DNA from: Thermoproteota archaeon
Lineage (GTDB): Archaea > Korarchaeota > Korarchaeia > Korarchaeales > Korarchaeaceae
Length of the DNA stretch: 11,122 nt
NCBI GenBank assembly: GCA_027492205.1
Contig: JAOZFN010000013.1
Span: 1 to 11,122 of the forward strand
Direction of reading: 5' to 3'
Shown: one piece after another, positions 1-7,583 of the stretch
Layout of the letters: every line of letters starts with the position of its first letter
Position numbering within the stretch: position 1 is the first letter of the stretch
Program-made: the position numbers and the translations under genes
The notes under the pieces: model-generated
Told to the model about the DNA's origin: nothing
The model's input: only the letters and a program-made list of their open reading frames with translations
Database searches by the model: none

Positions 1-60
1 CTTCTTTGGGATGACGATCCTCCGCCTCTCGTCGATCTTCACACGCTCTCCCACTCCCAT
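1..60 (-). CDS. AbrB/MazE/SpoVT-family antitoxin/DNA-binding protein, 5' part (runs off window)
   Basis: Reverse complement from ATG at 60 reads MGVGERVKIDERRRIVIPKK, matching the AbrB 'vkvDxxGRIvIPK' start and resembling the AbrB at 9157. Alternative in-frame ATG at 72. TTTTAA box on the minus strand at 90-95. Not in the ORF track. Confidence 0.8.
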   Translation of the reverse strand, partial: MGVGERVKIDERRRIVIPKK

Positions 61-176
61 CCCCCATCCCATCTCCCACAAGAGGGGCCTTAAAAGGTTG
101 GAGGGGAACCGAGCCGGGCGCGCCCGTCGCCCGCTCCCGAGTAATCCCCCGTCAGATGTGACCCCTGCCTGACAAC

Positions 177-752
177 GCTGAAGAGGGGGGAGAGTGGTTG
201 GGTGGAGCGATTGAGAGGTTGCCACGACGTTGACGTTTCGTGTACCGGTTGGGGGCCATCCGGATCACGGTGAGGGGGCAGGCTGGGAGTGGATCAGGGC
301 GGCCGAAGCGGGCGGGGCCTACGCGTCATCTCTAATCCAACTCCACATGGAGTGGCCGGCGTGCTTGCCAGCGCGTCCGATTAGACGATTATGGATGCTC
401 CCTTCGTGAGAGAGGTTCTAGAGGCTATCAGATCAATTAGGGGGCTGAAAATCGTCTCTTAACTTGGAGCGATCGTGTCAATGCGGCCGAGTTCGTCGAC
501 AGCTGCGATCCTAAGGGCGCCCCGCACCTGGCATTTGCTCTGAGGATGAAGGTTGATTGAGATACTCGGCAAGGACAGGGGGACTTCGACAGGGGTCCAT
601 TGAGGAGGGTCTTTTAGGTTTGGTTGGGCGTTGCGCATCAGCAGGAACGATCCCAAGCCCGGCACCGGGCTCGACCGGCCCTCGGGATCTCCGGCGCTTT
701 CCTGAGAGATGAGGGTGGCCGCAGCGATCTCCGGCGTCGGGGGGGAGTGGAG
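177..752 (+). repeat. Diverged direct repeat, copy 1 (abrB 3' end + vapC + about 135 bp downstream); copy 2 at about 9354-9917
   Basis: Colinear by eye: gctgaagaggg (177/9354), ggtggagcgattgaga (201/9374), gcggccgagttcgtcgacagct, tgaggagggtcttttaggtttggttgggcg, gcatcagcaggaacgatc, ggccctcgggatctccg. Many substitutions and small indels. Confidence 0.93.
202..617 (+). pseudogene. vapC: vapC (PIN toxin) pseudogene, decayed copy of 9375-9782
   Basis: Aligns end to end with the intact vapC and keeps the stop TAG at 615-617. It has several 1-nt indels (e.g. gacgtttcgtg vs aacgtcttcgtg) and an AAG>TAG change (gattagacg vs gataagacg). No long ORF on +. Confidence 0.92.
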
Positions 753-790
753 AGGGCGCCGGCACGACCGACCCCCGCAACCCCTCCGCT

Positions 791-847
791 CCCAGACGGT
801 CTGGGAGCGTGCTGAGGAGAGAAGAGCCGGCTGAAAAGGACGTGGCG
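791..847 (+). repeat. Second copy of the probable DUF5615 3' segment at 4428-4486
   Basis: cccagacggtctgggagcg--tgctgaggagagaagagccggctgaaaaggacgtggcg vs cccagacggtctggaagcgcgtgctgaagagggacgagctggcgggcaagggcgtggcg; 48 of 59 columns identical by hand count. Confidence 0.85.
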
Positions 848-1165
848 CGGTGGAGGGACAGGCCCAACTAAGTGAGGGTGGATCGTGACCTTCCTCGACG
901 GGTGCTTGAGACCCAGGACCGAGTCGTTTACCTTCTGAGCGATAGCCCGTTTCCTCGATCTAGGAGGAAGCTAGTTGAGCGCTCTCAAAGCCCCGTTGAA
1001 GAGTCCAAAGCCTAGGTTGGTGTGAGGGGCGAGCCCCTTGAGGGGATTGCCCAGGCCCGAAGATACCCTGAGCGCTCGAGGATTTCCTCCAGCGAGGGGC
1101 GAGCTTCAGCGACTAGGAGCCTCATATGGGCTTGGGCGAAATCGAGATCCGCTCGACATTGATTC

Positions 1166-1199
1166 AAAAGAATCGCTTGTGAGTCAAGTGATTTCTTTT
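1166..1199. other. AT-rich imperfect inverted repeat (operator, terminator or recombination site; function unknown)
   Basis: aaaagaatcgcttg-tgagt-caagtgatttctttt: 14-bp stem with one G.T pair and one bulge, 5-nt loop. Followed by aatttttat at about 1204-1212. Confidence 0.6.
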
Positions 1200-1586
1200 C
1201 ACAAATTTTTATCTCTCTCCACATCCTGAACCGTGCTGGTACCCAGCGCCGGCTGGGGCGCCCGGCAGATGATGGCTGGGGTAGCCCGGCTTGGGATGCC
1301 GGGCGTCCGCTCACCCGCTATCTCTTGGAGGGTTCCTTATGGCCCCGACCTTGGGGCGGATCACGGAGAGATAAGAGTCGTCACTCAGCTCCCAGGCAGC
1401 CCTCAGGGCTCCCTCAACGAGGTCGGCCAGCTGACCAGCTACTTGCTGGTGAGGGGTAAAACGTACCGCAGAGGTACGGGCGGCAATGCCCCACGCCACC
1501 GGGCTTGGCTTGAAAACCCGTCCGCACCATGGGCATGCGGAGCCCCCTCCCCCTGCGATTACAGCCCCTCAGCCTCCCTCTGGGAC

Positions 1587-3503
1587 TTAGTTCCCTGGAG
1601 AGGATCGACTCCGGAAGTTTGGAGGGTGTCTAGATCCCCAACCCGCTCTCTGCCTCCGCCTGAACCTCTCAAGGCGCCTGGCAATTGCCCTGACCAGCTC
1701 CTCCCATGAGATCTCGCCCATGGCCCAGAGATCGGCGCGCCTCGCCTCCCACTTAGTCGCGAGGCGAAAGTCCACGTAGTAGATCCCCTCAGCCACCAAG
1801 TCCCTCCACCAGTACCACCAGATGTAGTCCGGCAGCCAGCTCTCCTCCACAGTCTCAGCGAGCGCCTCACTCTCAGCCCACCCACTCAACCCCCAGGTAG
1901 CCCCCCTCAGCTCGCGCGCCAGGATCTCCCTCTTCTCAGCCGGCTCAGGGGGGATCTCCAGCCGGATCGCCGCTCCAGTCAGCTCCACCTTCACGAGTCG
2001 ATCTACAGCCTTAGAGGGGGCAGCCCCTTCCGGCCTTGAGGGGTCGTACACGTACTCCCCTCCCTCGAGGACCTCGACCGGAGCCTCTACGCTCCGGGCG
2101 CCCTCGTATCCCTCAAGCTCGGACCAGGCTCTCGCCTCGTCCGCTGGCCCCAGCTCGCCCTTCTCGGCCTTCTCGAGCCTGTTCCTGTCCCTCACCTCAT
2201 CTGGGGCATCTCCAACTAAGTCGACGACTACAGCGTACCCGAGGACAGACTTGATGTTCTCTGGATCCCTCGAGGTCCTCAGGACCCTCCCCCTCACCTG
2301 GACGTAGGCCAGCGGATTGGAAATCCTCCTTGCGATGAACAGAGCCTCCAGGTTGGGGTCGTCGAACCCCACATCCGCCATGTTAACGGTCACCAAGACC
2401 GCCCCCTCCCTGTACCGACTGCGAAACTCCCTGATCACGTCCCTGGCCCTCTCACTCCTGTAGTCCGCCCTCAGCACCTTCACCCCGGTCGCTCCGGCGG
2501 AGTCGAGCCTCTCCCTTATCAGCTCCTCGAGGTCCTTTGCCTCTGGGACGTTTGCTGCCACGACCAGCGCCTTCGGGTACCTGACCCTGCCGATCCGGGC
2601 ATCGAGTTCGCCTGAGAGCTCCAACAGGCATTCCACTATTCTCTCGGCGTAGCGCTCGGCCCGCATTCTGTTCGCTACCCTCCACTCTGCACTTGAGGGC
2701 GCGGGCCTCCACATTGGAGATCCCAGGCCGGTAGGAGTGATCGTGACGTAGCGCCTCTTTCTGATCCTCCCGACCAGGATCCCCTTCTTCATGGCCTCGT
2801 CCGTGGTGGCAATGTTGAGTAGCTCCCTGAGACGCCCCCTCAGTCTGGTGGTAGGCGTGGCGGTCATCCCCATCGCTACCCTGAGCATTCCGTTGTCCTC
2901 GGACGACTTGAGCAGCGCGCCTATTGCGGGGCGCGTCTTCTTACCCATGTAGTGAATGTGGGCCTCGTCGAAGATCACCACGGAGACGCACCGACCCAGG
3001 AGTTCCACCAACCTGTACCACCTCCCGCCCGAGGCGGCCCTCTCCAGGAGCTGGGGGGTTGCGAAGACCACGCCCCCATCGGGCCACCCGGCCACCCGAC
3101 CTCTGAGGCTCTGGACGGCGTCGACGAGCCGATCGCTTCCCTTGACCTCCATGATCACGGAGAATCTGTCCCTCAAGGCTGTCTCGAACCTTCGGCGCGC
3201 CTGATCCCGTATGGCTATCCTAGGAGAGAGGAAGATGGACGTCACGCCGCGTGGGAAGAGTTTAGAGAAGGAGTCGCTCATCGAGAGTGAGAGGAGGAGC
3301 CCCGTCGCTAGGATCGTCTTGCCTGTGCCCGTGGGCATCTGGAGAATCAAGGACACCCTGTCTCCCTCCATCAGCCTGCCCAGTATCTTGGATAGCGCCG
3401 CCCGCTGGTACTCGTTGAACTCCTCGAATCGCCCCTCCGGGTCCCCCTCTCTCAAGGCGCGCTCTGCCCGGGAAATTGCCTCAGAAACGGCAAGGTCGTG
3501 CAA
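1587..3503 (-). CDS. SF2 DExH helicase/translocase, ResIII/HsdR-like (paralog 1)
   Basis: 638 aa. Q-motif FNEYQRAAL, Walker A MPTGTGKT, Ia SPRIAIRDQ, Walker B IFDEAH, III MTATP, V VNMADVGFDDPNLEALF, VI YVQVRGRVLR. TTG start with purine-rich upstream sequence. Confidence 0.93.
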   Translation of the reverse strand: MHDLAVSEAISRAERALREGDPEGRFEEFNEYQRAALSKILGRLMEGDRVSLILQMPTGTGKTILATGLLLSLSMSDSFSKLFPRGVTSIFLSPRIAIRDQARRRFETALRDRFSVIMEVKGSDRLVDAVQSLRGRVAGWPDGGVVFATPQLLERAASGGRWYRLVELLGRCVSVVIFDEAHIHYMGKKTRPAIGALLKSSEDNGMLRVAMGMTATPTTRLRGRLRELLNIATTDEAMKKGILVGRIRKRRYVTITPTGLGSPMWRPAPSSAEWRVANRMRAERYAERIVECLLELSGELDARIGRVRYPKALVVAANVPEAKDLEELIRERLDSAGATGVKVLRADYRSERARDVIREFRSRYREGAVLVTVNMADVGFDDPNLEALFIARRISNPLAYVQVRGRVLRTSRDPENIKSVLGYAVVVDLVGDAPDEVRDRNRLEKAEKGELGPADEARAWSELEGYEGARSVEAPVEVLEGGEYVYDPSRPEGAAPSKAVDRLVKVELTGAAIRLEIPPEPAEKREILARELRGATWGLSGWAESEALAETVEESWLPDYIWWYWWRDLVAEGIYYVDFRLATKWEARRADLWAMGEISWEELVRAIARRLERFRRRQRAGWGSRHPPNFRSRSSPGN

Positions 3504-3704
3504 TGGAACCCCCTTTAGGTCCTCCCTAAACTAACATAACCATTTTGACGCGGCCATCACGGAGTTTACGCTCTCCCCAGCTGTTAACCCGCGGTTCGCG
3601 GAGAGACCTCCGCAGGGTACTCGTCCCGGCACATGCCTGGGGATTCAGATGCTCTCTCACGCAGGGGCGGGGCCTGCGGAAATACGTGTCGAGCGGGTAG
3701 AATG

Positions 3705-3920
3705 ACTGAGGTAAGGAGGGAGGCGCGAAGCGGAGATGGTCAAGAGGGGGAAGTATGGCAGGGGAGAGCCTGTCCGAGGTCCTCAGGGGAATCCTCAGGC
3801 TCGTGGAGGCGTGAGCGGAGCCGCCAGCGCTTGGAATGTGAAATTCCCAATGGGCCCAAGACTTCGGGAAACTTAGTGGAATTGGAGACGTCTGTGGGGC
3901 CACCCCTGCGTTTAAGGGGG
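3705..3920 (+). pseudogene. Decayed C-terminal remnant of a third helicase paralog (closest to paralog 2)
   Basis: Exact 15-mer agtatggcaggggag at 3752-3766 = 6686-6700; peptide EAEMVKRGKYGRGE vs EVEKVERGEYGRGG. Further on SGNLVELETSVGPPLRLR vs SGKVLILKTEIGDLELRL of paralog 2. Frameshifted and internally deleted. Confidence 0.7.
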
Positions 3921-4041
3921 ACGAGGCGCCGCGATCCGGCCGTCGGGGCGCTGCGGCCCGCCTGGCCCTGCCTAACCGAGACTGAACCCCTTATTCGACC
4001 TCCGGGCCCGTCTGAAGAAGCGCGCGGGCTCGCCGTGCAAC

Positions 4042-4048
4042 ATTAATA
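4042..4048 (+). promoter_or_regulatory. TATA-like box for the DUF433 operon
   Basis: attaata about 28-34 nt upstream of ATG 4076 in GC-rich surroundings. Confidence 0.5.
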
Positions 4049-4075
4049 GGCGGGAGCGTCAAACCTCTCGGGAAC

Positions 4076-4294
4076 ATGGAGAGGATCGAGGTCAACCCGA
4101 AGAAGCTTGGCGGAAAGCCCGTGATAAGGGGGACGAGGATTCCGGTCGCGCTGATAGTCAGGCTGGTGGCGGAGGGTCTGACGCCTGAGGAGATACTGAG
4201 GGAGTACCCCGAGCTCACCCTTGAAGATGTCAGGGCCGCCCTGAGGTACGCCGCCGAGCTCGCAGGGGCGGAGGTAACGGTGGCCCTTGAGTGA
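4076..4294 (+). CDS. DUF433-family antitoxin (VapB45-like HTH)
   Basis: RIEVNPKKLGGKPVIRGTRIPV...GLTPEEILREYPELTLEDVRAALRYA is the characteristic DUF433 signature. Confidence 0.95.
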   Translation: MERIEVNPKKLGGKPVIRGTRIPVALIVRLVAEGLTPEEILREYPELTLEDVRAALRYAAELAGAEVTVALE

Positions 4295-4519
4295 GCTCAG
4301 GTTTCTGATCGACGAGAACCTGCCCACGTCTCTGGTCAGCTTCCTCCGGGAGTTGGGATATGGCGCCGAGCGTCCAGGTGAAGTCGGACTCGGGGGAGCG
4401 GACGACGACGCAGTCGCCCGCGGCGCACCCAGACGGTCTGGAAGCGCGTGCTGAAGAGGGACGAGCTGGCGGGCAAGGGCGTGGCGATGGATGGACGAGT
4501 GGTTTATACCCTATCGTAG
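4287..4519 (+). pseudogene. DUF5615 PIN-like toxin (VapC45-like), internally deleted and frameshifted
   Basis: TTG at 4287 overlaps the DUF433 end and reads SELRFLIDENLPTSLVSFLRELGYGAERPGEVGLGGADDDAVAR, then stops at 4454. The expected 'lTxDxDF' motif is absent. A plausible C-terminus (QTVWKRVLKRDELAGKGVAMDGRVVYTLS*) continues in another frame to 4519. Confidence 0.85.
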
Positions 4520-4776
4520 GCCCTGCCTCTCTCGGCCACCACGAGTATTGTGATTACCCTCTGGCTCCAGTCGACCTTGTAGATGACCCTGAGCTTCCCC
4601 AGCCTCACCCTGTAGGTGTCCCTGTACCCCTTCAGCTTCACCACGTCGAACTCTCTGAACGGAACCGGGTTCCGCCTGAGAACCTCGAACAGCTCTGTGA
4701 GTCTCTCTCTGTACTCCCTAAACTCTTCTATGCCCTTCAGGGCTCTTCTCTTGGCTTCGAGCCTAAAGCCGCCCAT
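4504..4776 (-). CDS. relE: RelE/ParE-family toxin
   Basis: 90 aa, basic; NPVP...DVVKLKGYRDTYRVRLGKLRVIYKVD...ITILVVAERGRAY matches the archaeal RelE pattern. Confidence 0.93.
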   Translation of the reverse strand: MGGFRLEAKRRALKGIEEFREYRERLTELFEVLRRNPVPFREFDVVKLKGYRDTYRVRLGKLRVIYKVDWSQRVITILVVAERGRAYDRV

Positions 4777-4925
4777 AGTTCAACCTCGCCCAGGGTCTCG
4801 TCCTGAAGGGCCTCCTCGATCAGCCTCTTCTCCCACTCCTCGGGCTCCTCGACGCCTATCACGTACTCCATTACGTACTCGAGCATGCTTCTTATGGCCC
4901 TGATCTCGGCCATGAGGGATTCCAT
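4737..4925 (-). CDS. Putative cognate antitoxin (archaeal RelB-like)
   Basis: 62 aa, acidic (EEPEEWEKRLIEEAL), directly upstream of relE and overlapping it by 40 nt, with a TATA box upstream. Confidence 0.8.
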   Translation of the reverse strand: MESLMAEIRAIRSMLEYVMEYVIGVEEPEEWEKRLIEEALQDETLGEVELWAALGSKPREEP

Positions 4926-4951
4926 GCCATCTGATCGGAACCCTGATGAGG

Positions 4952-4958
4952 ATATAAA
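4952..4958 (-). promoter_or_regulatory. TATA box (TTTATAT) of the relBE-like operon
   Basis: Minus strand cctttatatc, about 27-33 nt upstream of ATG 4925; close to the archaeal TTTAWA consensus. Confidence 0.7.
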
Positions 4959-5210
4959 GGCTCACTCGGCTCGCCGAGCCTCCCTCGCGGATCCAATACC
5001 GTCGGCCACCCTGTTCGCCGGGCCAATGCTGGCGGGTTGGGTGACCGTCAAGGGTTCCCAACCATCCCTCGCCCCGCAGGCCGCCGTGGTCGCCTTCGAC
5101 CCCTGAGCACTCGGGGAGGCACCCCGTGGCTCTCGATAGGTAGCCAGGTCATAAGGTTATCATCGGATTTGGCGAAGAACAGGAACTCCTTCTCGGTGCC
5201 TCAGCCCGAG

Positions 5211-5245
5211 ATAATTAAGAGCTTGGGTAGTTAAACCGGTTAACT
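5211..5245 (+). promoter_or_regulatory. TATA-like box plus palindromic putative operator upstream of helicase paralog 2
   Basis: ataattaa at 5211-5218, then agttaaaccggttaact (5229-5245; palindrome with a single bulge) ending just before GTG 5248. Confidence 0.55.
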
Positions 5246-5247
5246 CG

Positions 5248-7380
5248 GTGGGGTTGACCGCTGGCTCGGGATCAAGCCTTGGCCCTGATGAGATACTCTC
5301 AATAATATCTGACGTTGAGTCGAGAATTAGGGCCTCTCGGGGAGCGTCGTTCGAACTCAATCTCTATCAAAGGGGGGCCCTGCGGATTCTTCTAACTGAA
5401 ATTGCCAAGGATGGGAGGGTTTCAGGGGTCCTCCAGATGCCCACCGGGACCGGGAAGACCCTCCTAGTTGGCTCTCTCCTGGTGGCAATGGCCTCGAGCG
5501 AGAAACTGAGGACCCTCCTCTTGGAGTCGAGGGATGATCCGGCCCCCTGCATAGTCGCCATGTACCTAGCCCCCCTGAGGGTGATCCGGGACCAGGTAAA
5601 GGAAGAGTTTCACCTTAGGTTGAGGGGTCTGTGCGGGCTGTACCGGATATTCAACTTCAAGAGCGGAGAGGCGCTTAGGAGTCACCTCCATGGGCTTCCA
5701 CGGGGGTGGAGGATCGCGCGGGCGCTCGGTGGAGCGAGGGATGTGGTGTACGTCGTGACCCCTCAGCTCCTCCAGGCGATCAGGAGGAGAATGGGGAGGG
5801 ATGCCATCCGCGAGATCGCAAGCGGGATCACGGCGCTCTTCATGGACGAGGTTCACATACACTACCCCGGCCCGGACGCCAGCGAGGTCATCGAACTCCT
5901 GATCGAGGAGGGGATGGCCAAGGGGCTCAGGGTCGTGCTGGGGCTGACGGCCACGCCCATCTCAGAGTCCTTTGAGGTGGCGCACGGCGGCCTCCTCTTC
6001 CACAAGAGCTCAAGGGACGCGATGGCGAGGGGCCTGCTCACTCCCCGTGTGAGGGTCGTCAGGTACAGGACGGAGATCCGGGATATCCGACCGCTGGAGC
6101 GATCGCCGTCGGCTCTCTCGAGTTTAATTTCAACCCGGGATCCCTGGAAGTACGCAATACCGCAGAGGGCGCGGTGGTACGCGGAGAGGATATCTCACGA
6201 GCTCTCCTCGCTGCGGGAAGAGCTGAGGAGGAGGGGGATCGATAGGCTCCCAAAGGCCCTAGTGCTTGCGGCTAGCACCACGGAGGCAGACATGCTGCGA
6301 AGGCAGCTCGAGGAGCTGGCCTCTAGTGGTGCCCTGCCCCCAGGCTACGAGGTGATCGCGGCCCACACGAGGATAACCGAGGGGGACCCCTCTGAGTCCA
6401 TCAAGTGGTTCAAGGATATGTCAGAGGCGGCGATACTCGTCGCGGTGGACATGGTGAAGGTTGGCTTCGACGACCGGAACCTGGAGGCCCTGTTCTTCGC
6501 CAGGCCGATAAGGAGCCCCGTCTCGTACGTCCAGCTCAGGGGCAGGGTCCTCAGGAGGCCATCGGAGGATCAAGAGGGGTGGAACGCCAAGAGCGTCCTG
6601 GGGTACGCCACGATCGTGGATCTCACGGGAGAGTCGTTCTTGGAGGTCGGAAGGGAGCAAGAAGTGGAGAAGGTCGAGAGGGGAGAGTATGGCAGGGGAG
6701 GGCTGCCTAGGATCCTCCAAGATCTCCAGGGAGAGTGCGAGGTAGAGAAGGCGGAGGCGAGGGTGAACGTTGAGAGGGTTGGAGAGTGGCTCATCCCCAG
6801 CAAGGCCGGGGTCGAGGCAGCAGTGGACGAGACCCACAGGCCAGGCGATCTTGAGTGGCTTCTCTCAATCCTACACGAGGTTAATCTAATCGAGCCGAGA
6901 GTGGCGGCAACCAGAATTGAGAACTTGGGGGCCAAGGAGAGAGCCACGTTTCCTTTGGGGAAGGGAGTCCGCTTAGAACTCTCCTGTGAGGAAGAATCCG
7001 GGCGCCGAGTCGTCTACGCCTCGATCATTGAGAATGGCGCAAGAGGGGGGCGGAAGTTTCTCGGGACCCCGAGAGAAGTCGCAGGGGCGCTTCGGCAGCT
7101 TGCCAGCAGTCGCCGACTCGAGGCCCTGCAAGTGGAGAGGATTGTGAGAGACGTCCTGAGTGGGAAGGTCTTGATCCTGAAGACCGAGATCGGCGATCTA
7201 GAGCTGAGACTGACCACGCGCGGGAGCGTTAAATACATCTCTGTGCGGGTCAGGAAGGTCCGAACTCCGAGCTTGAAGGTCAGAGTCAGGGGAACTCTGA
7301 AGGCCACGGCCAGAGCCCTTGCAAACGCTCTGAGTAACAACCTTCCGCCCCAAGCGAGGCCTAAGCCGTTTATTGGCTAA
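5248..7380 (+). CDS. SF2 DExH helicase/translocase, ResIII/HsdR-like (paralog 2)
   Basis: 710 aa. LNLYQRGAL, MPTGTGKT, APLRVIRDQ, FMDEVH, LTATP, VDMVKVGFDDRNLEALF, YVQLRGRVLR. Colinear with paralog 1 up to about GEWLI. Exact start uncertain. Confidence 0.93.
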   Translation: MGLTAGSGSSLGPDEILSIISDVESRIRASRGASFELNLYQRGALRILLTEIAKDGRVSGVLQMPTGTGKTLLVGSLLVAMASSEKLRTLLLESRDDPAPCIVAMYLAPLRVIRDQVKEEFHLRLRGLCGLYRIFNFKSGEALRSHLHGLPRGWRIARALGGARDVVYVVTPQLLQAIRRRMGRDAIREIASGITALFMDEVHIHYPGPDASEVIELLIEEGMAKGLRVVLGLTATPISESFEVAHGGLLFHKSSRDAMARGLLTPRVRVVRYRTEIRDIRPLERSPSALSSLISTRDPWKYAIPQRARWYAERISHELSSLREELRRRGIDRLPKALVLAASTTEADMLRRQLEELASSGALPPGYEVIAAHTRITEGDPSESIKWFKDMSEAAILVAVDMVKVGFDDRNLEALFFARPIRSPVSYVQLRGRVLRRPSEDQEGWNAKSVLGYATIVDLTGESFLEVGREQEVEKVERGEYGRGGLPRILQDLQGECEVEKAEARVNVERVGEWLIPSKAGVEAAVDETHRPGDLEWLLSILHEVNLIEPRVAATRIENLGAKERATFPLGKGVRLELSCEEESGRRVVYASIIENGARGGRKFLGTPREVAGALRQLASSRRLEALQVERIVRDVLSGKVLILKTEIGDLELRLTTRGSVKYISVRVRKVRTPSLKVRVRGTLKATARALANALSNNLPPQARPKPFIG

Positions 7381-7583
7381 GACCTCTCGCCCTGCTCCTC
7401 TCCAGCGCTGCAGCCACTCACGGCCAAAGGGACCGAGGGGGAGGATCTGGGTCCGCAGCCCTTTCCGGTGCTCGCCGCTCCGACGGCTTCCCACCTCGCG
7501 CAACTCATGCTTGCTCTGAAGCCTCCCCCATCTGTTGGAGGCAAAATTTTAGGTTGGAGGCTCCAAGACCCCCAGGTGGCCCC

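Noticed and set aside
48-78. Short cccat/cccac repeats
   Set aside because: Low-complexity sequence around the abrB start (Met/Gly codons); no array structure.
459-867. ORFs 459-665(-), 511-867(-), 624-815(+) and their counterparts 9627-9830(-), 9733-10014(-)
   Set aside because: Shadow frames of vapC and the direct repeat; their mutual similarity is explained by the DNA duplication.
1025-1038. aggggc-ga-gcccct hairpin
   Set aside because: Short GC stem with a 2-nt loop and no U tract; expected by chance at this GC content.
1012-1709. ORFs 1012-1314(-), 1038-1229(+), 1233-1709(+)
   Set aside because: No recognisable motifs, Pro/Ser/Arg-rich composition, and they overlap each other and the inverted repeat; cannot be supported as genes.
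4985-5200. Minus-strand peptide GTEKEFLFFAKSDDNLMTWLPIESHG in the spacer before helicase 2
   Set aside because: Looks coding-like but has no start and no family I can recognise.
2220-6630. Active shufflon-like inversion between the inverted helicase paralogs
   Set aside because: The identical DNA blocks I found are short (e.g. ctccagatgcccac, 14 nt) and no recombinase is visible.
1587-7380. Calling the helicases type I HsdR or type III Res subunits of a restriction-modification system
   Set aside because: No nuclease motif recognised and no methyltransferase or specificity subunit in the window; only the motor is similar.
1559-7503. Many ORFs overlapping the helicase and TA genes on alternate frames or strands
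   Set aside because: Expected shadow ORFs in GC-rich DNA overlapping well-supported genes.
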